This document shows positions 28,838 to 37,084 of a DNA stretch of 64,000 bases, one piece after another (position 1 is the stretch's first letter; every line of letters starts with the position of its first letter). The notes beneath the pieces were generated by a model that worked only from the letters and a program-made list of their open reading frames with translations, ran no database searches and was not told where the DNA came from. A program made the translations under genes and the position numbers. The stretch is from contig CAXXIA010000002.1 in the NCBI GenBank assembly GCA_963666985.2, positions 96,001 to 160,000 on the forward strand, read 5' to 3'. The DNA is from Spirochaetia bacterium. GTDB taxonomy: Bacteria; Spirochaetota; Spirochaetia; DSM-2461.

Positions 28838-29511
28838 TGAAATTGCTCACCCCTGACGCCAAAGAGCGGATTGCCTCCGCCGTTCAGGAGGCCGAAGCGA
28901 AAAGCGGCGGTGAAATCGTGGTGGCCGTTATCCCCGAAAGCGACGACTACGCCGCTCGGGAAATAACCTTCGGCATCATTCTGGGCCTGATGACCTTCGT
29001 GGTTCTGGCCTTTCTGGCCTCTCCCATCGCGGCTTTTCTGGACAGGCGGATCTGGCTGGAATCGGCCGCCCTTCTGCCGCTCACCCTGGCCGCCGGTTCG
29101 CTGATCATCGGCGCCGCCGGATACGCCCTCGCGCAAATACCGGCTTTCGACCGCCTCATAGTAGGAAAAAAGATCATGGCCGAAGCGGTCCGGCGCCGCG
29201 CGATGCGTCATTTTACCGAAAGCGCCGCCTACGATACCGTGGATCGAACCGGCGTCCTGCTCTTTGTCTCGGTGCTCGAACACCGCGTGGAACTCATCGC
29301 CGATAAGGGCATCAACGGCGTGGTTGCCCCGGATACCTGGGACAGAATCGTTTCGGCCCTGGTGCGGGGAATGAAGGAAGGCCGCCGCGAAGAGGCCATT
29401 GAAGCGGCGGTTACGGAAATCGGCGAAGTCTTAAGCGAACACGTATCACGGCGTTCGGACGACAAGAACGAACTGGACGACGGCCCGGTGGTACTGGGGA
29501 AGGGGTCGTGA
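28837..29511 (+). CDS. TPM-domain (DUF477-like) membrane protein
   Basis: AVQEAEAKSGGEIV, TGVLLFVSVLEHRVELIADKGI, NELDD. Confidence 0.9.
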   Translation: MKLLTPDAKERIASAVQEAEAKSGGEIVVAVIPESDDYAAREITFGIILGLMTFVVLAFLASPIAAFLDRRIWLESAALLPLTLAAGSLIIGAAGYALAQIPAFDRLIVGKKIMAEAVRRRAMRHFTESAAYDTVDRTGVLLFVSVLEHRVELIADKGINGVVAPDTWDRIVSALVRGMKEGRREEAIEAAVTEIGEVLSEHVSRRSDDKNELDDGPVVLGKGS

Positions 29512-30380
29512 CGATGAAAAGAAATCACAAAAAAACGCGGTTTATCGCGATTACCGGCGGTTTCCCGCACACCGTAAGTCCTTCTCTTCAATCCTCCGCC
29601 GGCGCCGGGAAAAGAGGACGTGTTATTTCACTCATCCTCCTGTTCGCTCTCTTGTCCGCATCAGCCGCGGCGGCATTGAATGTTCCGGCGCTGCAGGGAC
29701 GCATCAACGACCGCGCAGACATTCTTTCCGGAAATACGGAAGAAGAACTGGAAGCATACCTTGCCGGAGTTGAAAATGCCGTCGGCGCTCAAATCGCGGT
29801 CCTGACCATTGAATCCCTGGAAGGAGAAGACCTGGAATCCTACAGTCTTGAGGTCGCCGAAACCTGGGGGCTGGGCCAAAAGGGGAACGACAACGGCGCT
29901 CTTCTGCTTGTCTCCATGGCCGAGAAAAAAATTCGCATCGAGGTGGGCTACGGCCTGGAAGGGACTCTCACCGACGCGATGAGCGGGTACATCATCCGCG
30001 AAACCATTGTACCCGCTTTTAAACGCGGCGATTTTGAAGGCGGTATCGTCGCGGGAGTGAAAGCCATCGGCGGTCTTGTGACCGGCGATGTCGTCATCAC
30101 GCCGCAGCAGGCAAAAAAAGCCCAAAGCGGCGGCAGTGAAGGCGCCTCTCTCTTCATCGTTCTATTCATGTTCTTCTTCCTGCTCTCAAGGCTCGGAGGA
30201 TACCGCCGCTACCGCAGACGGGGTATGTCTCCGGGAGCCGCTCTTCTTATGGGCATGATGCTCGGCGGCGGCCGCTCCCGAGGCGGCGGAGGATTCAGCG
30301 GAGGAGGCTTTTCAGGCGGGGGCGGGTTCTCCGGCGGAGGAGGCGGATTCGGCGGCGGCGGCGCCAGCGGAAGCTGGTAA
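29508..30380 (+). CDS. TPM-domain protein (YgcG-like) with Gly-rich tail; start uncertain
   Basis: RINDRADILS, QIAVLTI, IRIEVGYGLEG, GGGGFGGGGASGSW. Confidence 0.92.
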   Translation: MTMKRNHKKTRFIAITGGFPHTVSPSLQSSAGAGKRGRVISLILLFALLSASAAAALNVPALQGRINDRADILSGNTEEELEAYLAGVENAVGAQIAVLTIESLEGEDLESYSLEVAETWGLGQKGNDNGALLLVSMAEKKIRIEVGYGLEGTLTDAMSGYIIRETIVPAFKRGDFEGGIVAGVKAIGGLVTGDVVITPQQAKKAQSGGSEGASLFIVLFMFFFLLSRLGGYRRYRRRGMSPGAALLMGMMLGGGRSRGGGGFSGGGFSGGGGFSGGGGGFGGGGASGSW

Positions 30381-30642
30381 TCTCATAGAGACTCTTTTTT
30401 AAAAGAGCCTCAGCCGTTCTCTTGAAACCTGAAGACATTCCAAAACCCCGGCGGAAATGCCGGGGCAGAACATCGGGGTACATTTGCAAACTGTTGTATA
30501 TGGCCCACAATCCAACGATGTAAAAACGGCAGCAGGGATAACCGATGAGGCGATTGCATAAAATCAGCGATTTTGAAATCAAAGACCTTCTCAAGCAAGT
30601 TCCGAGGGATTTCGGCTGTCGATTTAAGCAAGTTCATGCATT

Positions 30643-31218
30643 ATGAAATTGCCTCAGATGAAACCCGAATATCAGATAAAAACGGAGCGTCTCGGGCTTC
30701 GCCGATGGTATCAAGACGATGTACGGCCCTTTGCCGAGATGAATCAAAATCCGCAGGTGATGCGCTATTTCCCAAATCGATTGACAGCACCGCAAACAGA
30801 GCAGTTTATTCGATCCATAGAACATCATTTCGACACGTACGGATATGGACTCTATGCGGCTGATTTAATTACAACGGGTGCTTTCATCGGATTTATAGGA
30901 CTCTACACAGCCGTATTCAAATCCGATTTCACACCCTGTACGGAAATAGGATGGAGACTGGATTCACAATATTGGAAAAGCGGATATGCGACGGAAGGCG
31001 CCAAGGCATGCCTGCATCAGGCTTTTACCGAATACCATTTGGAAAACGTCTTTTCCTTTACATCGATTATAAACAAACCTTCGATTGCGGTCATGAAGCG
31101 GATCGGCCTTCGTTTAAACCGAGAATTCAACCATCCCAACATTCAAGCGGAACATGAGCTTTGCAAACATGTCCTTTACTCTCTTTCAAAGGCTGAATAT
31201 GCGCAGCACGATTTTTAA
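30643..31218 (+). CDS. GNAT (RimJ/RimL-like) N-acetyltransferase
   Basis: TERLGLRRW, VMRYFP, FIGFIGL, EIGWRL...YWKSGYATEGA, NKPSIAVMKRIG. Confidence 0.92.
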   Translation: MKLPQMKPEYQIKTERLGLRRWYQDDVRPFAEMNQNPQVMRYFPNRLTAPQTEQFIRSIEHHFDTYGYGLYAADLITTGAFIGFIGLYTAVFKSDFTPCTEIGWRLDSQYWKSGYATEGAKACLHQAFTEYHLENVFSFTSIINKPSIAVMKRIGLRLNREFNHPNIQAEHELCKHVLYSLSKAEYAQHDF

Positions 31219-31277
31219 TTCAAGTCCGCTTCCGCCCTTCCGGCTCACGAAGACATCACGAATCGCGCCGCCCCGAA

Positions 31278-32984
31278 TCAGCCCTTCTTGGCTATTTTCG
31301 CCCAGGAATCCCGCAGTCCGACGATGCGATTGAAAACAGCCCTTTTGCCCGGCTCATAATCAATCCGGTCGGCAGCAAAGTATCCGTTCCGGAGGAACTG
31401 ATATCGGTCTTCCGGAGCGGCGGACATCAGAGAGGGTTCCACTTTCGCCGATTGCAGAATCACTTCCGATTCCGGATTCAGGTAGTCCAGGAACTCCTTT
31501 CCTTCCTCCACTTTGCCGACATCTTCAAGGGTAATCAAATGATCATAAAGCCGCACCTCGGCGTCCGCGGCGTTATGCCGGGAAAGCCAATGCAGCGTTC
31601 CCTTCACCTTGCGTCCGTCGGGTGATTCCCCTCCTCGGCTCTCCGGATCGTAGGTACAGAGGATTTCCTCAACCTCGCCCTCGGCATCGCGCAGAACATC
31701 CTGAACGGTCACAAAGTATGTGTATTTGAGCCTGACCTCCCTGCCGGGTGCCATGCGGAACCATTTCTTCGGGGCATCGTCCATGTAATCATCCCGCTCC
31801 ACCCACAGTTCGCCCGTGAACTCGATTTCGCGGGTTCCGGCCGACGGATCTTCGGGATTGTTTTCGGCGGTAAAAACGTCCACTTTCCCTTGAGGCCAAT
31901 TGGTAATGGTCAGCTTCACGGGATTCAAAACGGCCATGCGTCTTTCCGCGCTGCGGTTCAGTTCCTCCCGGACATGGAAATTCAAGAACTCCATATCAAC
32001 CAGACTGTTGACCTTGCTCACGCCGATTTCTTCGATGAATCTCCGTATGGCCGCCGCGGGATACCCCCGCCGACGCATGCCGCGCAGAGTGGGCATCCTC
32101 GGATCGTCCCATCCCCGGACATGATGTTCTTCAACAAGCTTGCGCAAATAGCGCTTGCTCATAATGGTATGGGTCAGATTCAGCCGGGCGAATTCGTACT
32201 GATGAGGCCGGCAGGGAACGGAAACATTATTGATGAACCAGTCGTAGAGAGGACGGTGATTCTCAAACTCCAGGGAACACAAAGAATGGGTTACCCCTTC
32301 GATGGCGTCCTCAAACCCATGGGCGAAATCGTACATGGGGTAGATACACCATTCATCTCCCGTCTGATGGTGGGACTCTTTCCGGATTCGGTAAATCGTG
32401 GGATCGCGCATCAGGATATTGACATGATCCATGGCGATCTTAGCCCGAAGAACGCAAGAGCCCTCTTCCAGTTCGCCGGCTTTCATCCGCTCTAAAAGTT
32501 CCAGGTTTTCTTCGATACTTCGATTCCTGTACGGCGAATCCACGCCGGGCCGGGTGGGAGTTCCCCTGTTTTCGACAATCTCTTCCGGACTTTGATGATC
32601 CACGTAGGCTTTACCGGCTTTGATCAGCTCTACGGCCCATTCATAAAACTGATGGAAATAGGATGATGCATAACGGGGCTTTCCTTCCCAGTTAAAGCCC
32701 ATCCAGCGGATGTCGTCCTCAATGGCGCGAACAAACTCTTCATCTTCTTTCTCAGGGTTTGTATCGTCGTAGCGCAGCCGGCAGATTCCTCCGAACTCCT
32801 CGGCTACGGAGAAATTCAGCGTAAACGCTTTCGCATGACCAATATGAAGATATCCGTTGGGCTCAGGCGGGAAACGGGTAACCACCTGTTGGATTTTTCC
32901 GGACTCCAGATCGTCCTTAATAATCTGACGGATAAAATCCAGTCCCCGAACCTTGTCCTCTCCGGCCGCCTTCTCTTCGCCCAT
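31278..32984 (-). CDS. glnS: Glutamine--tRNA ligase
   Basis: TRFPPEPNGYLHIGHAK, WCIYPMYDFAH, QYEFARLN, MSKR, WDDPRMPT. Confidence 0.97.
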   Translation of the reverse strand: MGEEKAAGEDKVRGLDFIRQIIKDDLESGKIQQVVTRFPPEPNGYLHIGHAKAFTLNFSVAEEFGGICRLRYDDTNPEKEDEEFVRAIEDDIRWMGFNWEGKPRYASSYFHQFYEWAVELIKAGKAYVDHQSPEEIVENRGTPTRPGVDSPYRNRSIEENLELLERMKAGELEEGSCVLRAKIAMDHVNILMRDPTIYRIRKESHHQTGDEWCIYPMYDFAHGFEDAIEGVTHSLCSLEFENHRPLYDWFINNVSVPCRPHQYEFARLNLTHTIMSKRYLRKLVEEHHVRGWDDPRMPTLRGMRRRGYPAAAIRRFIEEIGVSKVNSLVDMEFLNFHVREELNRSAERRMAVLNPVKLTITNWPQGKVDVFTAENNPEDPSAGTREIEFTGELWVERDDYMDDAPKKWFRMAPGREVRLKYTYFVTVQDVLRDAEGEVEEILCTYDPESRGGESPDGRKVKGTLHWLSRHNAADAEVRLYDHLITLEDVGKVEEGKEFLDYLNPESEVILQSAKVEPSLMSAAPEDRYQFLRNGYFAADRIDYEPGKRAVFNRIVGLRDSWAKIAKKG

Positions 32985-33200
32985 TCTCTAATCGTCCTTT
33001 TGCTTCCGATTTACCCTATCTTCACTAAAAAAGATACGGCGCAACCGGCCCGCTAAGATGCGAAATACTATAGGGACGGCGACCCGGCGGGTCAATGGAC
33101 GGTACGTTCCGGCGAATCCCAAACAGCATCAAGAATTGACGATAGGTCCCCTCGGAACCGGTAATACCGCCCGAATGACTCACGAAACCGTTCCGGAGAA

Positions 33201-33485
33201 TCATATCCCCGGCCTGGTACTCCGCCTGTCCTGCCGGCCGTCAGGATCGCGCAAGAGGAGACCGGCGTTTTCAAATATCTTGCGCAGCCATGTTTCACCT
33301 TCCTCCCGCGAGGCGAAGGGACGGCTCTCAATCGGGAGCCAAAGAGTCGCGGGAGGTCCGGGCGAATGAGGCTCGCCGGCGCCGGCATGAAACACCCAAA
33401 GGCCGCGATTCTCATAGGCCTTCCAGGTGATATGGAAAACATTGTCAAGATTGACATAAACACCGTCGTCAATTTCCAAAAACAC
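33201..33485 (-). CDS. Small hypothetical protein (94 aa)
   Basis: AAGGAGG RBS before GTG; globular-looking sequence. Confidence 0.65.
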   Translation of the reverse strand: MFLEIDDGVYVNLDNVFHITWKAYENRGLWVFHAGAGEPHSPGPPATLWLPIESRPFASREEGETWLRKIFENAGLLLRDPDGRQDRRSTRPGI

Positions 33486-33614
33486 CTTGTGCCTCCTTAA
33501 ACACTCCCCGCGCCGCTTTCAAAACGAGGCGGCCCCTTTGCTCTTCCACCGCTTTTTGCACCGTTTTCAGCCGAAGCCGCTTCAGAAGCCGACAAAAAAA
33601 TAAGAACCCGCCGA

Positions 33615-34460
33615 CTATTTTCTTATTCCTTTAAACCGTTTCTCCAAAAAGGCGCGAAGAGCCGCGACGGCTTCTTCGCTTTGCTCATAAATCTTCGCCG
33701 CTTTATGGAAATCGAGAAGGCCGATATCCCGAATCGGAGGATCAACGAGATAATCCGGCGGAGAAAACCGCTTTTTTTCGGCAAGAATGCCGCGCTGCAC
33801 AATCTCAAACGATTCAAGAACCACTTTGGCGGCTTTCGGAGGCTTGGTGGAATCGGGCGTGCCGGAGCGGCCCAGAGCGTTCACGCCTATCACCACATCA
33901 CAATCGGAAACAAGATCCCACGGAACCGGATTCACGCAGGCCCCGTCCACCAAAACGTGGTTATCATACATCACGGGAGCAAACACACCCGGAACGCTCA
34001 TGCTGGCTTTCACCGCGGGAAGCACCGGACCTTTACTGAAAATCACCTGTGAAGAGTTCCATAAATCGGCCGCAACCACACTCAGCGGCGGATCCAAATC
34101 TTCGAACGTTTCACGGCTGAGCATATCGTAAAGAAAGTGGGAAAAACGATCGCCCTTAATCAGACCGGTGCCTGTGAAATCAATATCCAGAAGCTTCACC
34201 ATTTCCATCATTTTATGGCTGTCTTCTTTCCAGTTATGCACCCCGCCGCTGATTTTGATGTGACGATCCACAAAGTCCCTCAGTTCACCGGCCCCATGTC
34301 CGCTGCAGTAGAGGGCGCCGAAAACGGCCCCGATACTGGTTCCGCTGACGGCCGCCGGACGGATTCCGAACTCTTCGAGAACTTCCAGAACAAGGATGTG
34401 AACAAGTCCCCTGGCTCCGCCTCCGCCGAGGGCCAGACCGACCGTTTTTTTTCGTTTCAT
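33615..34460 (-). CDS. Patatin-like phospholipase (RssA-like)
   Basis: LALGGGGARG, GTSIG, ASMSVPGVF, LVDGA. Confidence 0.93.
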   Translation of the reverse strand: MKRKKTVGLALGGGGARGLVHILVLEVLEEFGIRPAAVSGTSIGAVFGALYCSGHGAGELRDFVDRHIKISGGVHNWKEDSHKMMEMVKLLDIDFTGTGLIKGDRFSHFLYDMLSRETFEDLDPPLSVVAADLWNSSQVIFSKGPVLPAVKASMSVPGVFAPVMYDNHVLVDGACVNPVPWDLVSDCDVVIGVNALGRSGTPDSTKPPKAAKVVLESFEIVQRGILAEKKRFSPPDYLVDPPIRDIGLLDFHKAAKIYEQSEEAVAALRAFLEKRFKGIRK

Positions 34461-34602
34461 CAAAAATACAATACCGCCCTACGGAGCCGCTCTCAAGATG
34501 AAAATTCATCACTCGGAATACGAACCGAATTCGATTCGATTATGAATTTTTATTTATATTCATTATATTTTATATAAAGGCACAATTTCATAGGAGGAAA
34601 AC

Positions 34603-35025
34603 ATGACCGAACATACGACCGATACCCAGTGGCTGAACGGCATGGCGTTTGAAAACTCCGTGGAAGGACACCGCTTCATCGTTGACGCGGACGCCCAATT
34701 CGGCGGAGAAGACAAGGGCCCGAGACCCAAACTCCTGCTCCTGAATTCTTTGGCCGGATGCACGGCCATGGATGTCGTCTCCATTCTGAAAAAAATGAAA
34801 CAGCCGTTCGGCTGGTTTAATGTCCGCACCGTCGGCGAACTCGGAGACGAGCATCCGAAAACCTACCGGTCCATTCACCTGATTTTCCAATTCAAAAAAG
34901 CCGACAACCTGGACGATGCCAAAGTCAGAAAAGCCATTACACTTTCGCAGGATAACTATTGCGGAGTCTCGGCGATGCTGAAGAAAGCATGCGAGGTTAC
35001 TTGGGAAGTGGAATATCTGGACTGA
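34603..35025 (+). CDS. OsmC/YhfA family protein
   Basis: GPRPKLLLLNSLAGCTAMDVVSILKKM, SQDNYCGV; AGGAGG RBS. Confidence 0.93.
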   Translation: MTEHTTDTQWLNGMAFENSVEGHRFIVDADAQFGGEDKGPRPKLLLLNSLAGCTAMDVVSILKKMKQPFGWFNVRTVGELGDEHPKTYRSIHLIFQFKKADNLDDAKVRKAITLSQDNYCGVSAMLKKACEVTWEVEYLD

Positions 35026-35129
35026 TTTTCGAAGCGGATAAGGGAACTTCCTCACCGATTCGGATACACCCCATTCCGCCGAATTCGAGAGGGACGCTCG
35101 GGAAGGCTACCTGCTATACTGACTCTTAC

Positions 35130-35843
35130 ATGAAATACCAACTGGAAACCATTCCCGTTACCGACGCCTGGACCTCACGGCCCCCCTGTCCTTTCTGCAC
35201 CTTAATGGACGACGCGGAAAAAAGGCATGTGGAGTATTACCTGGGGAACTCGGTTATGAATCCCGAAACCCGTGTCCTTGTTAATAAAACAGGATTCTGC
35301 GGCCGCCATTTCCCGCTGATGCGGGAAGCCGGACACGCGCATCATCTGGGGCTGGTGGCTCATACCCGGCTTCAGACCGTCCGAAGCACGCTTTCAGGCT
35401 CTCTCCACTCCATGGCGAAGGCGGGAACGGCCAAGTCGACCAAAGCCTTTGCCGAAAAGATTCGAAGCATCCTTGATGATTGTCTCATCTGCCGTTCCCT
35501 GAAGAAGGATGAAGAGAGGTACGCGTATACCACGGTTGTTCTTTTTGGAAAAGAACCGGAATTCCGCCGTCTCTTCGAAGAAGGCCGCGGTCCCTGTCTG
35601 CCGCACGCGGCTATCCTCGCGGAAATGGCCGCAAAAGCACTGAATAAAAAAGAAGCCGGAAATTTTCTAACCGCTCTTGCGGCCCATTTGGAAACAACCC
35701 TCGGCGAACTGGAGACGGATGTTCTGAAATTCACCCAAAAATTCGATGCGCAAAACGATTCCATGGAATGGGGAAACGCCCGGGACGCCCACGCAAGAAC
35801 CGTGCAGATGCTCAGCGGGCGAACCGTTCGCCTGACCGACTGA
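35130..35843 (+). CDS. DUF6062 family Cys-motif protein
   Basis: ETIPVTDA, CPFC, VMNPETR, GFCGRH, CLIC, CLPH (internal duplication of CxxC...CxxH). Confidence 0.75.
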   Translation: MKYQLETIPVTDAWTSRPPCPFCTLMDDAEKRHVEYYLGNSVMNPETRVLVNKTGFCGRHFPLMREAGHAHHLGLVAHTRLQTVRSTLSGSLHSMAKAGTAKSTKAFAEKIRSILDDCLICRSLKKDEERYAYTTVVLFGKEPEFRRLFEEGRGPCLPHAAILAEMAAKALNKKEAGNFLTALAAHLETTLGELETDVLKFTQKFDAQNDSMEWGNARDAHARTVQMLSGRTVRLTD

Positions 35844-35935
35844 TTTTTGGCAGAAGGCGGAAGGTTCAAAATCGACCGAACCGCCGCTGGAAGCATCCTC
35901 TTCCGGCGGTTCCTATGTCTGCCGGCACTGTTTTT

Positions 35936-36547
35936 TCAACTCTTGCGGGAAAGATACATCAGTTCGGTCCGCTGAGACTCCAACTGTGATTTGAATTCAT
36001 TAAATTCAATAAGATACCGGTTAAGCTCCACGCGGCTTTTGAACACATTGAAATCGTCTATAAGAATTTCACCGAGAAGCCGGTGACTCGTTCGCAGAGA
36101 ATCCTTGGTTTCCAGATTCTGAATATCCAGAGCTTTCTCCAGGATAACCTGATTGATTTTGCGCTTTTCAATCAGGAATTGGCCGAACAGCGAACGTTCG
36201 GCCGCCTCCTTAACAGGTCCTTTGGAAACCTTTTCGTGGGTATCGGCCTTTCTGGGTTTGGCAATAGGCGGCAACCCGTCTCCGAGCTTCAACTGATCTT
36301 TTCGTGCGGTGATTGCGGCTTTAACTTTTTCAAACTCCACCAGAGCGTGATTCAGCTCAACCCGGCTTCGAAAGACTTGAAAATCGTCCAACAGAATCTG
36401 ACCGAGAAGCCTCGGCGACGAACGAAGCGTGTCGCTTTTTTCAATGTTTTGGATTTCCAGGGCGGACTTGAGAACATTGGGATCCAGTGTTCCTTTTCGA
36501 ACCAGCCATTCACCGAAAACAAGCCTTTCATTCGCTACACTACTCAT
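35936..36547 (-). CDS. Stand-alone protein with two internal repeats resembling MshEN (GspE N-terminal) domains
   Basis: FGEWLVRKGTLDPNVLKSALEIQ...RLLGQILLDDF and FGQFLIEKRKINQVILEKALDIQ...RLLGEILIDDF. Confidence 0.7.
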   Translation of the reverse strand: MSSVANERLVFGEWLVRKGTLDPNVLKSALEIQNIEKSDTLRSSPRLLGQILLDDFQVFRSRVELNHALVEFEKVKAAITARKDQLKLGDGLPPIAKPRKADTHEKVSKGPVKEAAERSLFGQFLIEKRKINQVILEKALDIQNLETKDSLRTSHRLLGEILIDDFNVFKSRVELNRYLIEFNEFKSQLESQRTELMYLSRKS

Positions 36548-36933
36548 GAATTGTCGGCTCCACCCAAGTATTTCTCAAAAATGGCCTCATAATCCCGATC
36601 CGTTCTGCCGGCTTCATTCTCCAGATCTTTGCGAAAACGCTCAAGGTCCGCCGAATCAAGCTTCTCCAGAGCATCCTTGCCCCATCGTTCCAGCGATTGA
36701 TGAAACTCCGGATCGCTGAGCGCATCCCCAAGATCCTTGAACATTCGGTCGGCGGCTTTGCCGACGGCCCGGCCCGCATCCTTGATAATCTTCTCCGAAC
36801 CGGATTCCAAATCCACACCCGTGGAATCTTCAATGGTTCCGAGAAACCGTTCCTTCTTCTCCGGATCGGTAAAAACGGAATACAGTACAAACGCACCGGC
36901 CACGACCACGGCAAGCAGGAGGACTTTTCTCAT
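36544..36933 (-). CDS. Hypothetical membrane-anchored acidic helical protein
   Basis: GGAGG RBS, N-terminal TM helix; stop overlaps the next ATG (ATGA). Confidence 0.75.
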   Translation of the reverse strand: MRKVLLLAVVVAGAFVLYSVFTDPEKKERFLGTIEDSTGVDLESGSEKIIKDAGRAVGKAADRMFKDLGDALSDPEFHQSLERWGKDALEKLDSADLERFRKDLENEAGRTDRDYEAIFEKYLGGADNS

Positions 36934-37084
36934 TCTCAAACCTCCATAAGTGATCGATGACTTTATAATCATCGACTACCGGAACTCTCTTTTCCAGAGT
37001 GCCGAAAGATTATCGCACTCCGGCCGACTTCAGCTTTTCCCGGACCGCCGGAAACTCCCGGGGCGGCGGAATCACACTCGACAA

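Noticed and set aside
28232..30380. LemA-TPM-TPM as a novel system
   Set aside because: It is a widespread, known operon.
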